In this document: piece after piece, positions 38,425 to 48,299 of the stretch
How the letters are laid out: each line of letters starts with the position of its first letter
Position numbering within the stretch: position 1 is the first letter of the stretch
Assembly: GCA_035295745.1 (NCBI GenBank)
Contig: DATGIL010000007.1
Location: 50,062-114,061 of the forward strand
Length of the DNA: 64,000 bases
Direction of reading: 5' to 3'
Source of the DNA: Bryobacteraceae bacterium
GTDB taxonomy: Bacteria > Acidobacteriota > Terriglobia > Bryobacterales > Bryobacteraceae
The notes under the pieces: generated by a model
Database searches by the model: none
Told to the model about the DNA's origin: nothing
What the model saw: the letters and a program-made list of their open reading frames with translations, nothing else
Program-made: the position numbers and the translations under genes

Positions 38425-39861
38425 TTGCTCACTTGCCTCGCGGTGGTCACTCTCGGCTACCACCTTGGGGTGGATGACGCCGAGATCTACGTGCCAGCCA
38501 TCAAGCACGCTGCCGATCCCAGCTTGTACCCCTACGGTTCCGAATTCTTCATGATGCATGCCCACCTGTCGCTCTTTCCCGACCTGGTGGGCGATTCCTC
38601 GTATTGGACCCGTCTGCCAATCAATGTCGTCATCTTTCTGTGGTTCGTGATTGGAATCTTCCTGCTGCTGTTCGCGTCATGGCGCCTGCTGTGTGCCTGC
38701 TTCGACCACGAGCAGGCGCGCTGGTGTGGCGTGGTCCTGGTTACGTGTCTGCTCAGCGTGCCGGTCGCCGGCACCGCGCTGGTGATTATGGATCCCTACA
38801 TCACCGCACGATCGCTGTCCACTCCCGCCACGCTGATGGCCATTGCGTATTATGTGGCGGGCCGGCCGAAAATAGCGGCGCTCTGGCTGCTGGCAACGGC
38901 GGCGATCCATCCGCAGATGGCGGTGTACGGCGCGTGTTTTTTGGTATGTATGGCCTGGGCCGCTCAGCGGCGATGGCGCACCGAGGCGAAGCCCGCATAC
39001 GCCCTCCTCGGCGCCACCATCATTCCCTTTCTCTTCGAATTTGAACCAGCTCGCGGTGCGGCGCGCGAAGCTCTCCTCTCGCGGACTTACTTCTTCGTCT
39101 CCAACTGGGCCTGGTACGAATGGGTCGGCATCGCGGCTCCGCTGGCTTTGCTTTGGTGGTTCTCGTCTGCGCGATTCCGCGGCACCAGCCTCGCCTTCGC
39201 ACCGCTGGCGCGCACGCTCGTCCCGTTTGGACTCTTGTTCGCCGCTGCCGGCGTCATCTTGACCTTTCCCGGCAAACTGGAGAACTACGCCCGGCTGCAG
39301 CCCATGCGAGCCTTCCACCTCGTATACGTGGTCTTCTTCATCCTGCTGGGAGGGCTGGTGGGCGAATACGTCCTCCAGCGGCGGGCTTGGCGATGGCTCG
39401 TCCTCTTTATCCCATTAATGTTCTCCATGGGCCTGTTGCAGGAGAGCGAATTCCCTTCGAGTGCGCACATCGAGTGGCCCGGCGCGCGGTACCGCGAGAA
39501 CTGGACCTCCGCTTTTGTCTGGGTGCGCGATCACACGCCCAAGGACGCGGTCTTCGCGCTGGATCCCAATTACATGCTGGTGCACGGCGAAGACGAACAC
39601 GGCTTTCGCGCGATTGCGGAGCGGAGTGCGCTCGCCGACAACATCAAGGACAGCGGCGCCGTATCGCTATTCCCACAACTGGCGGAAGACTGGAAAGATC
39701 AGGTGGACGCGCAGCGCGGATGGGAACACTTCCAGCGCAGCGATTTCGAGGGACTGGCGCGGCACTATCCGGTTACCTGGATCGTGACCCAGCGGCCGGG
39801 CCCTGCTGGGCTCACTTGTCCTTACACCAATCGCGAGCTGGCGGTCTGCCAGATGAGATAA
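38425..39861 (+). CDS. GT-C-like polytopic membrane protein with C-terminal soluble domain
   Basis: 478 aa from a TTG; the true start may lie upstream, as the frame is open back to 38329. More than 10 TM helices. First loop GYHLGVDDAEIYVPAIKHAADPSLYPYG carries a DD motif, as in the 11663-13432 protein. Confidence 0.45.
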   Translation: MLTCLAVVTLGYHLGVDDAEIYVPAIKHAADPSLYPYGSEFFMMHAHLSLFPDLVGDSSYWTRLPINVVIFLWFVIGIFLLLFASWRLLCACFDHEQARWCGVVLVTCLLSVPVAGTALVIMDPYITARSLSTPATLMAIAYYVAGRPKIAALWLLATAAIHPQMAVYGACFLVCMAWAAQRRWRTEAKPAYALLGATIIPFLFEFEPARGAAREALLSRTYFFVSNWAWYEWVGIAAPLALLWWFSSARFRGTSLAFAPLARTLVPFGLLFAAAGVILTFPGKLENYARLQPMRAFHLVYVVFFILLGGLVGEYVLQRRAWRWLVLFIPLMFSMGLLQESEFPSSAHIEWPGARYRENWTSAFVWVRDHTPKDAVFALDPNYMLVHGEDEHGFRAIAERSALADNIKDSGAVSLFPQLAEDWKDQVDAQRGWEHFQRSDFEGLARHYPVTWIVTQRPGPAGLTCPYTNRELAVCQMR

Positions 39862-40044
39862 ATGGCCGTCGCGATCGGGCGTGCGCCACTTTCGTCCATT
39901 GCAAGGGGCGAGTGGCTACTGTTTCGTGGTGATAGCGGCGATTGCCGCGGAAGCAGCCTTGCGCACCGATGCGCTTTCATCGTGCGATGCACGTTCGAGG
40001 GCGGCGAGTGTACAGTCTCGGACGTCTTAACCAAGCTCGATCCG

Positions 40045-41334
40045 TCACTGTTTAGTCTTGCTACTCTGCACGATCGGCGCCCGTTCGCGGTCGGCCGTCA
40101 GTAGCAGGATCGCAGCGCTTGTGACCGCGACGCGGCCAGTGATGCAATGATGCCCGGCCCACGTGCCGTCCTCGTTCTGCATCTTGAGCAGCTTGGCAGT
40201 CATCTCCGCTTGCCACTTTTTCCATTCAGGCCCGCCGGTGCGGCGGAGGCTCTCGCTGATGTTCAGATACGAGAAGAACTCCTCGCCTCCGATGGAGCCG
40301 AATCCGGTGACGAACCTCGAGTCGGAGAGTTGACCGGTAATCTCTTGGATCTGCTTCGCGTTCTTCTGCCGGTCTTTTTCCGTGCGGCTGAGTTGTTCCA
40401 GTTCCTGCGCTTTCTTGTAAAGCGGTATGCCCGCTGAGACCGCTGATACTTCCACAGTCGAGGCCGTGGATCCCGGTCCGAAGCCCCCGCCCTTGGCGCT
40501 ACCCACTCCCCCACCCGAGCCCGATCCTATTCCTCCGCCTGAACCTGCCCCCGAACCGGAATATACGCCGCTGGCGTCGCTGGCCGAGGCGCCCGCCATG
40601 ACGGTTGGCGAAGGTGCGGCCACCACCGCACTCTGCAAAGTGTACGCGTCCACGCGAGCCATCGCCATTTCGGCATTCGCAGCTCCCTTGGACTGCGCGA
40701 TGGCCAGACTCTGCGACGCCATGGATGTGCCCAGAATCGGCGCCCAGCCGCCCGAGATATTCCAGCTTCCGTCCTTGAGTTGGGCCTTTTCGATCTTCGC
40801 CACGCACTTCTGCAAATCCTGGCGCACGCGTGCATTGGCCTTGGCGTCTGACATCGTGCCATCCAACTCGGCCAGCAATTTGGAGGTCACGAACGTATCG
40901 ATGTAGGGACCCAGCTTTCGCTGGATCTGCGTCCCCTGCTGATCGGTGACCGCGAGCCCTTCAGCCGGGCTCTGTTCGACATGTTTCAGGACAAAATCCA
41001 CGGCGCGCCGTAAGGGCTCGCGATATTCTCCCCGTGTCATGGTGGTGCCGGTCTGTAGCAGCGCCTCGGCAACGACCGCAGTGTTGGCCACGTCGTTCCC
41101 ATTCGACTCCAGACGCTCACCTTCGCGGACATAGGAGGTTTCCCCGCCGTCCTGGCCCCACCCGCCGTCTTTCCCTTGAACCGAAACCAGCCACTTCAAA
41201 CCCTTCGCGACGGCAAGATCCACCGGATCGCTCTTAGTCTTCTCGCTATCGCTCGAGAATCCGATTTCAGCGTAGATGCCGATTGTGACAGCGGCTACGC
41301 TGGTTACGAACACACGTACCCTCTTGGATCCCAT
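40045..41334 (-). CDS. Prenyltransferase/squalene-oxidase-repeat (terpenoid-cyclase-like alpha/alpha-toroid) secreted protein
   Basis: 429 aa. Signal peptide. Repeated ...KDGGWGQ... / ...KDGSWNISGGWAP... / ...NEDGTWAGHH... QW-type repeats. Internal Gly-rich linker GSGAGSGGGIGSGSGGGVGSAKGGGFGPG. Confidence 0.5.
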   Translation of the reverse strand: MGSKRVRVFVTSVAAVTIGIYAEIGFSSDSEKTKSDPVDLAVAKGLKWLVSVQGKDGGWGQDGGETSYVREGERLESNGNDVANTAVVAEALLQTGTTMTRGEYREPLRRAVDFVLKHVEQSPAEGLAVTDQQGTQIQRKLGPYIDTFVTSKLLAELDGTMSDAKANARVRQDLQKCVAKIEKAQLKDGSWNISGGWAPILGTSMASQSLAIAQSKGAANAEMAMARVDAYTLQSAVVAAPSPTVMAGASASDASGVYSGSGAGSGGGIGSGSGGGVGSAKGGGFGPGSTASTVEVSAVSAGIPLYKKAQELEQLSRTEKDRQKNAKQIQEITGQLSDSRFVTGFGSIGGEEFFSYLNISESLRRTGGPEWKKWQAEMTAKLLKMQNEDGTWAGHHCITGRVAVTSAAILLLTADRERAPIVQSSKTKQ

Positions 41335-41595
41335 GATCGTTTCTCTCCTCTCGCGTGATTAGCGCGGCTTTGTCAGTGCAATGCCGCTGAGGCACCTTTC
41401 CTTCCAACTTGGACGCCGAATCGATGCCGAAAGTTGAGGCGAGGTTGTACGCGTGGTTTCATGCGGGTACGCCAAATGCGGGGATTCCCTGCGCTTGCCT
41501 GCGATGGATGTTGTGCAGCGACACGTGTGGAACGGCTTCACGGCAGGAGCGCGAAAGAAAGTGTCGGGAAAGGCCAGCTAATGTGTGGAATGGAG

Positions 41596-41669
41596 TGGCT
41601 GGGACGCAGGGATTCGAACCCCGATACGCAGATCCAGAGTCTGCAGTCTTACCGTTAGACGACGTCCCA
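41596..41669 (-). tRNA. tRNA-Gln (anticodon CTG)
   Basis: Reverse complement gives TGGGACGTCGTCTAACGGTAAGACTGCAGACTCTGGATCTGCGTATCGGGGTTCGAATCCCTGCGTCCCAGCCA, 74 nt. Acceptor stem is 7 bp with U1-A72 and discriminator G73, typical of bacterial tRNA-Gln. D-stem GTCT/AGAC. Anticodon loop CT-CTG-GA. T-loop TTCGAAT. Encoded CCA. Confidence 0.85.
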
Positions 41670-41777
41670 ACTTCAGAATCCTATTTTACCGCACAGTTGT
41701 GCCGCGAATCCAGGGATTCTCCGGCGAGGTTCGGACGACGGTTAGTTTGGCTCTGGTAAATAGCAAACCCGGCGGGC

Positions 41778-42830
41778 CTATTGAAACTCCAGAATCGAGT
41801 CCGCGCGGCGATGTAAACGCGCCGCATCCTCGTACCGGTGCTGCTTCTGCCGAATCTGCGCCAGCGCCAATAAAACGGTGGCCATGTCGCTGCCAGGGCG
41901 GGTCATGTATCGTTCCTCCGTCGACACCACCTGGCTCAAGAGCCGATCGGCCTCCTCATACTTCCCCTGCCGGATCCGCAAGAGCCCCAAATTGCTCTCG
42001 CCGACGATCTGTTCAAAAGTGCAGTTGGGACACGACTTGGCCAACAGATCGAGGGAGCGCAACATTTCCTTTTCCGCCAGCGAATACTTCCCATCGGCCA
42101 TGTAAATCAATCCCTCCTGGCTCACCACCGAAGCCACCCGCGGGTGAACGGGGCCGAGAATGCTCTCGTAAATCGACTGAGCCTTACGGAACAGCGGCAG
42201 CGCGCGATCCGTGTGCCCGAGCCAGCGGTGCGCCTCTGCCACATTCGCATAGGCCATCGCCGCGTCCACGGTGTGCTCCCCGCCGATCTTTAAGATCATG
42301 CCCAGTGCTTCTTCCGCGAGTGCCAGTGACTCTGCCGCCTTGTTCTCTCGAAGCCGCAGCAGTCCGAGACCCGCTAAAGAGCGCGCGAGTTGTAAATCAT
42401 TCGGATACAATTCGCGTTCCGCGTGCAACGCTTCTTCGAACAGCGCTGACGAGCGGACGTCGTCACCCACCATGAGGTACGCACCGCCCAGCAGATTCAT
42501 GATGGTCAGGGTCCGCAGGTTCGTGGGACCGAGCAGGCGGCGATGAGTCGCCAGCGACTGCTCAAACAGCCTGGCGCCCTCGCTGCGTTTCCCCTGCATG
42601 CAAAGCGTTTCCGCCAGGTTTCCTTGGGTTGTCGCCAGGTGCGCATCGTACTGGGGGCCCAGCGCTTTCCAAAGCGGAAGGGCCTGCTCATACAGCCGTT
42701 CTGCTTCGGCGTACTCCCCGCGTGATGCGGCTGCCAATCCGGCATCGTTCAGGCGGAAGCCTTCCGCTTCCTGTCCCCAGGCGATTCCCAGCGCAAGTGT
42801 TACGAAAATAGCGACGCTCACCCGTTTCAT
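41778..42830 (-). CDS. Tetratricopeptide-repeat (TPR) secreted protein
   Basis: 350 aa. Signal peptide MKRVSVAIFVTLALGIAWGQ. At least seven 34-aa TPR units (AE.LYEQALPLW.., A..N.AE.., G.Y..AE..). Confidence 0.75.
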   Translation of the reverse strand: MKRVSVAIFVTLALGIAWGQEAEGFRLNDAGLAAASRGEYAEAERLYEQALPLWKALGPQYDAHLATTQGNLAETLCMQGKRSEGARLFEQSLATHRRLLGPTNLRTLTIMNLLGGAYLMVGDDVRSSALFEEALHAERELYPNDLQLARSLAGLGLLRLRENKAAESLALAEEALGMILKIGGEHTVDAAMAYANVAEAHRWLGHTDRALPLFRKAQSIYESILGPVHPRVASVVSQEGLIYMADGKYSLAEKEMLRSLDLLAKSCPNCTFEQIVGESNLGLLRIRQGKYEEADRLLSQVVSTEERYMTRPGSDMATVLLALAQIRQKQHRYEDAARLHRRADSILEFQ

Positions 42831-43011
42831 GCACCAAGTGACGAAGGGTGGCGGCGCTGGTCTTGAGGTTTACCGTAAACGGCAGCCGCTAACATTCCTT
42901 GGTGAAGCGGATTGCGTATAGCCGTACCGCCTCGCGAAAAAACGGAATCATTCATCTGTGAACGCCGAAACACATGTGTGATGCCCCACATCCCCAGGCG
43001 AACCGATAGGA

Positions 43012-44963
43012 TGGTACATAAGCCGAGCTCGAAGCGTGAGGAGTCGGGCAGGGAGAAAGCAAGGGGCCAATTTGTGATTTACAAAGCGAAGAATAAGAAC
43101 AGGTCTATCGGAACGGTCCTCGTCCTGATGGGAGCCGCCGCACTGCTCGCGCAAACCAGCGGCTATACCATTGCCACGATTGCGGGCAACGGAACGGCAG
43201 GGTTTGCGGACGGCGGTGCGACGAGCGCGGCGGAACTCAGCAGCCCGTTCGCTCTTGCCGTGGACAGCTCGGGGAATCTTTACATTTCGGACAGCGGAAA
43301 TCAGCGGATCCGCAAGGTCTCCAGCGGCAATGTGAGTACGATCGCGGGCAACGGCACCGTCGGGTTCGCCGGCGACGGAGCGGCGGCCACCAGTGCCGAA
43401 TTCGCCAATCCGCAAGGGATTGCTTTGGACAGCGGCGGGAACCTCTATATCGCGGATAGCAACAATGGACTCATTCGTAAAGTCTCGACCAACGGAAACA
43501 TCAGCACCATCGCCGGGAATGTGACGTCGGGTCCCGGCTATGTCGACGCTCCGGTGGCCACGAACGGCCAGTTATCCCTTCCCACCGGTATTGCAGTCGA
43601 TACCTCGGGGAATATTTACATCAGTGAAGGGGCGTCGACGGGCGGCTTTGTTCCAGGAAACAACCGCATCCGCAAGGTGTCGAGCAGTGGAGTGCTTACT
43701 ACGTACGGAGGCAATGGCGTGGTCGGCTCGTCCGGTGACAACGGCACCGCCCTTTCCGCGCACCTCAACAATCCGCTCGGGTTAGCTGTCGATAAGGCCG
43801 GCAATCTCTATATCGCCGATACCGGCAATCACAAGATCCGCCGCATCGACACGCGAGGCATTATCACCACCGTCGCAGGGACGGGAACGGCTGGCTTCTC
43901 CGGAGATGGCGGCACCGCTACCAGCGCTCAGCTCAACAATCCTACGGGTGTGGCGGTCGATTCATCAGGCAATCTGTACATCGCCGACCGAAACAATTTC
44001 CGGATTCGCATGGTCTCGCCTGCTGGAATTATCACGACTATCGCCGGAAAGGCGCAATCCGGTTACACCGGAGACGGTGGTTTAGCCACCAACGCGACAC
44101 TGAAGTTTCCGACCGGTGCGGCTGTCGATGCAGCGGGAAACGTCTACGTGGCGGACAACCAGAACAGCGTCGTTCGGCAACTCACGCCTAACGCACCTGC
44201 TGGCTCCACTACGCCGCCCGCTATCAATTCGGGAGGCATCGTGAGCGCGGCCGCATTCGGCGGGTTCACGTCGATTGCGCCCGGATCGTGGATTGAGATC
44301 TACGGAACCAACCTGGCGGCTACCACGGACGTTTGGGATAAGTTCTTCAATGGAACGAATGCTCCCACTTCAGTCGATCGCACATCGGTAACCGTAGGAG
44401 GACAATCGGCTTTCATCGATTACATCAGCCCAGGCCAGGTGAACGCGCAGGTGCCGTCGAATGTCCTGACTGGAACGCAACCAATCGTCGTAACCACAGC
44501 TTCCGGTCCGAGCGCTCCCTACAACATCACCGTCAATGCGACTCAGCCCGGATTACTCGCCCCTGCAAATTTCATCGTGGGCGGCAAGCAGTATGTGGTC
44601 GCTCAATTCTCGGATTTGGCCACTTATGTCCTGCCCCCAAACGCGATTCCAGGATTGCCCTCCCGGGAAGCCAAGCCCGGAGACACAATCATCATCTATG
44701 GCGTCGGCTTTGGCCCGGTTAGCCCCAACATCCTGGCCGGTCAGATCGTACAGGGCAATAACAGTTTGGCTGGGTCGTTCCAAATGTCGATCGGAGGCGC
44801 TCCGGCTCCTCTGGGATATTTCGGACTTGCGCCGAGTTTCATTGGCCTCTACCAGTTCAATGTGACCGTGCCCAGCATCCCGGACAACGATGCCGTACCT
44901 TTGACCTTTACGCTCGGGGGCAATGCCGGTACTCAGACGCTATACACGGCCGTGAAGAACTGA
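43012..44963 (+). CDS. Secreted NHL-repeat beta-propeller protein with the same C-terminal domain type as the 840-3164 protein
   Basis: Six NHL-type blades (SGNLYI(A/S)D.GN.RIRKV repeated). C-terminal about 230 aa (GSWIEIYGTNLAATT...VTVGGQSAFIDYISPGQVNAQVP...IIIYGVGFGPVSP) parallels the C-terminus of the 840-3164 protein. ATG at 43011-43013; an alternative GTG at 43074 gives a cleaner signal peptide (IYKAKNKNRSIGTVLVLMGAAALLAQT). Confidence 0.7.
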
Positions 44964-44967
44964 GCCT

Positions 44968-46107
44968 TCACAACGCGGCCAGCAGTTTCGCGATCAACGC
45001 GGTCCGGTCGGCGATGCGCGCGATGAGAATGCTCTCATTGGCGGCGTGTGCACCTTCGCCGACCCCGCCGAGACCATCCAATGTGGGGATTCCCAAGGCG
45101 GCGGTGAAGTTGCCATCGGAGCCGCCTCCGGTCAGCGATTCTTCGATCTCTACTCCGAGTTCCTTCGCCAGCGTCTGGGCGGTCCGAAACAGCTTGACGA
45201 TTCCAGCCGAACGCTCCATGGGAGGACGATTCAGACCTCCGGTCACTTCGATCGAGCAGCGGCGGTCGATCGGCCGCAAGCTCCGGAACTTCTTCTCCAA
45301 CGCCGGCGCATCCTTGAGCCGAAGAACGCGGATATCCACCTCTGCGCGCGCTTCCGCAGCCACCACGTTGGATCGAGTTCCCCCCGACATCACGCCCGGA
45401 TTCACGGTGATGCCGCGTGCGAGCTGCGTGAATCCCGCAACGCGATCGAGTTGGCGTGCAAGCTCCAAAATCGCGCTCGCCCCCGATTCAAAGTCCACTC
45501 CCGCATGCGACGCCCGGCCATGCACTACGATGGTGAAGTCTCCGACACCCTTGCGCGCCGTCTTGAGCTTGCCCGCCAGGCCGGTCCCGGGCTCCAGGAC
45601 GAGGACTGCTTTGCTGCGCGCCGCGTTCTTCTCGGTAAGAGCTCGAGAGGACTCGCTGCCCACTTCTTCATCGGAATTCAGTTGCAGCAGCACTTTCGAC
45701 GGCACCGCAACTTCCAGTTCGCGCAGCGCGCGGGCGGCAAACAGGAAGAAAGCGATGCCGGCTTTCATGTCGAGCACGCCGGGCCCCCACAGACGCCCGT
45801 TCGATGCGCGAAATGGCATGGTGCGCAGCGTGCCCATCGGCCAGACGGTATCGGAGTGGCCCAGGGCGAGGATCTGCCCGCTCTTTCGGCGTCCCGGCAG
45901 GGCGATTTCGCAGACCAGGTGAGGGCCGAAGTTCTTCGCCGCTGTTTTTTTCACTTTGGCGAATGGCGCGACGGTATCGGCCACCAGTTCGACGAATCGG
46001 CCGACGGCTGCCGGATCGTCGCTCGGCGACTCGCACTCCACCAACTGGCGGATGAGCGCTACGATTTCCGCTTCACGTTGCGCGATAAACGAGAGAATGG
46101 CGTCCAC
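44968..46107 (-). CDS. M20-family metallopeptidase (ArgE/DapE/CPG2-like)
   Basis: 379 aa. GHSDTVWPMGTL (H-x-D metal site), GPGVLDMKAG, and a C-terminal dimerisation region typical of M20 enzymes. Confidence 0.75.
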   Translation of the reverse strand: MDAILSFIAQREAEIVALIRQLVECESPSDDPAAVGRFVELVADTVAPFAKVKKTAAKNFGPHLVCEIALPGRRKSGQILALGHSDTVWPMGTLRTMPFRASNGRLWGPGVLDMKAGIAFFLFAARALRELEVAVPSKVLLQLNSDEEVGSESSRALTEKNAARSKAVLVLEPGTGLAGKLKTARKGVGDFTIVVHGRASHAGVDFESGASAILELARQLDRVAGFTQLARGITVNPGVMSGGTRSNVVAAEARAEVDIRVLRLKDAPALEKKFRSLRPIDRRCSIEVTGGLNRPPMERSAGIVKLFRTAQTLAKELGVEIEESLTGGGSDGNFTAALGIPTLDGLGGVGEGAHAANESILIARIADRTALIAKLLAAL

Positions 46108-46219
46108 GCTTGATAGGATAGCGGACTCTCCTTCAATTTCAGCAGTTCCGCATGAACTGTGGCACGAATGTTCTCTTTAACCGGTCGAATCAGAAGAGGA
46201 GAGCTATAATAACGCTTCC

Positions 46220-46684
46220 ATGGCAATATTGGACATCAATGAAATCCGGGAAATTCTGCCTCACCGCTATCCGTTTCTACTGGTCGATCGCATCATAGAA
46301 ATGACCGCGGAGTGTGTGGTCGGCATCAAGAATGTGACCAACAACGAGCCATTTTTCCAGGGCCATTTTCCCGACTTTCCCGTCATGCCAGGCGTGCTGA
46401 TTGTGGAAGCCATGGCACAGGCCGCCGGTGTGCTGGTGCTCAAGAATCTGGAAGACCGGCACAACAAACTCGTGCTCCTGGTGGCCATCGAAAACGCCCG
46501 TTTCCGCCGGCCCGTCGTGCCCGGCGACACCCTTCGCCTCGAGATGAAAGTCATCAAGCGCAAAGCCAGCGTGGCCAAGATGGCGGGTGTCGCCACAGTC
46601 AATGGCGTAGTGGTGGCCGAAGCCGAAGTCATGTGCAAGCTCGCCGATAAGGAAGAGAAGCCCCCCGCGCCCGTCACTGCATAG
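46220..46684 (+). CDS. fabZ: 3-hydroxyacyl-ACP dehydratase
   Basis: MAILDINEIREILPHRYPFLLVDRI...FFQGHFPDFPVMPGVLIVEAMAQ is the FabZ hot-dog signature. Confidence 0.9.
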   Translation: MAILDINEIREILPHRYPFLLVDRIIEMTAECVVGIKNVTNNEPFFQGHFPDFPVMPGVLIVEAMAQAAGVLVLKNLEDRHNKLVLLVAIENARFRRPVVPGDTLRLEMKVIKRKASVAKMAGVATVNGVVVAEAEVMCKLADKEEKPPAPVTA

Positions 46685-46687
46685 CCG

Positions 46688-47464
46688 ATGCCGATTCACC
46701 CCACCGCCATCGTCGACCCGCTCGCCCGAATCTCCGAAACCGCCGACATCGGCCCTTACTGCATCATCGGCCCCGAGGTGGAGATTGGCGCTCGTACCCG
46801 CCTCATGGCCAACCTTTACGTCGAGGGCCCTACGGTCATTGGCGAAGACAATCTCTTCTTTCCCTACAGCACTGTTGGCTTGGCTTCCCAGGACCTGAAA
46901 TACAAAGGTGAACGCGCGGAAACCCGCATCGGACACCGCAACCGCATCCGCGAGTTCGTCACCATCCACCGCGGCACACAGGGTGGCGGCCTGGTGACCG
47001 CCATCGGCAGCGACAATCTCCTCATGACTTACACCCACGTCGGTCACGACTGCCACATCGGCGATCACGTGATTATCGGAAACAGCGTTGGGCTCGCGGG
47101 CCACGTCATCATCGACGATTGGGCGGATGTCAGCCCGTTCAGCGGCGTGCACCAGTTCTGCCGCGTCGGGCGCCACGCCTTCATCGGGCCGTACAGCGTG
47201 ATTAAGCAGGACGTGCTGCCGTACTCGCTCACCAGCAACAAGCCCGAAGTTTCGGTCTTCGGCGCGAACCACATCGGGATGGCGCGGCGCGGCTTCTCCA
47301 AAGAAGCTATCGAATCTCTGCAAACCGCGTTCAGGCTTTTGACCCGCGCGCAACTCAATACCTCGCAAGCCATCGACCGCATCCGCGCCGAGGTTGCGCC
47401 ATGCCCCGAAGTAGACGAACTGATCGAGTTCATCCGCTCGTCCACGCGCGGCGTCGTGAAGTAA
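46688..47464 (+). CDS. lpxA: Acyl-ACP--UDP-N-acetylglucosamine O-acyltransferase
   Basis: IHPTAIVDPLARIS...IGPYCIIGPEVEIGARTRL left-handed beta-helix hexapeptide repeats. 258 aa. Directly downstream of fabZ. Confidence 0.9.
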   Translation: MPIHPTAIVDPLARISETADIGPYCIIGPEVEIGARTRLMANLYVEGPTVIGEDNLFFPYSTVGLASQDLKYKGERAETRIGHRNRIREFVTIHRGTQGGGLVTAIGSDNLLMTYTHVGHDCHIGDHVIIGNSVGLAGHVIIDDWADVSPFSGVHQFCRVGRHAFIGPYSVIKQDVLPYSLTSNKPEVSVFGANHIGMARRGFSKEAIESLQTAFRLLTRAQLNTSQAIDRIRAEVAPCPEVDELIEFIRSSTRGVVK

Positions 47465-48294
47465 TGCGCTACGGGTTGATCGCGGGCAACGGGCGCTTTC
47501 CGCTGCTGGCGCTGGAAAGCGCGCAGCGTCTGGGCCACGACGTGACCGTGATCGCGATTCAGGAGGAGGCTTCGCGGGAAGTGGAAACCATGGCGCCCCG
47601 CTGCCACTGGATCTCACTTGGCCAGTTGAGCAAGCTGATCGAGATCCTGCGGCAGGAGGGAATCACCGAAGTGGTGATGTGCGGCCAGGTGAAGCACGCC
47701 AAGATCTTCTCCTCCATCCGACCCGACTGGCGTCTCGCCAAGTTGCTGGCCTCGTTGCCTTGGAAGAACACCGACGGCCTGATCGGAGGCGTGATTCGCG
47801 TTCTGGAAGACGAGGGCATTCACCTGCGCGACTCGACATTCCTGCTTAAGCCCATGCTCGCCATCTCCGGCGTCATGACCCGGCGTTCGCCGAGCAAGGA
47901 AGAGACCGTCGACATTGAATACGGCCGCCGCATCGCCAACGTGCTGGCAGGTGTCGACATCGGGCAAAGCGTCGCGATCTGCGATCGGGCGTGTGTCGCG
48001 GTGGAGGCGATGGAAGGCACTGACGCCATGCTCCGCCGGGCTGCCAGTCTGGTCAACGGCCGCCGGATGGCGCTGGTCAAGGCGGCTCGCCGGCGAGAAC
48101 ATCTCCTCTTCGACGTTCCCGTCGTCGGCCTGAACACCATCCCCGTGATGCAGGAAACCGGGACCACTGTCCTGGCGGTGGAGGCCGGCCGCACCTTGAT
48201 GCTGGACCGTGAGGCGATGGTCGCAGCGGCCAATCTCGCGGAAATCTCAATCATTGGGCAGACCGCCGATCCGCCCGCCCCAAGAAAGGCGTAA
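47464..48294 (+). CDS. lpxI: UDP-2,3-diacylglucosamine hydrolase LpxI (DUF1009 family)
   Basis: ATG overlaps the lpxA stop (TAATG). MRYGLIAGNGRFPLLALESAQRLGHDVTVIAI...VVMCGQVKH resembles the LpxI N-terminal domain. The canonical lpxA-lpxI arrangement supports the call. Confidence 0.7.
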   Translation: MRYGLIAGNGRFPLLALESAQRLGHDVTVIAIQEEASREVETMAPRCHWISLGQLSKLIEILRQEGITEVVMCGQVKHAKIFSSIRPDWRLAKLLASLPWKNTDGLIGGVIRVLEDEGIHLRDSTFLLKPMLAISGVMTRRSPSKEETVDIEYGRRIANVLAGVDIGQSVAICDRACVAVEAMEGTDAMLRRAASLVNGRRMALVKAARRREHLLFDVPVVGLNTIPVMQETGTTVLAVEAGRTLMLDREAMVAAANLAEISIIGQTADPPAPRKA

Positions 48295-48299
48295 GCAGC

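Noticed and set aside
41334-41778. Integrative element at the tRNA-Gln locus.
   Set aside because: No integrase, no tRNA 3'-end direct repeat and no GC shift were found nearby. The flanking genes are ordinary chromosomal genes.
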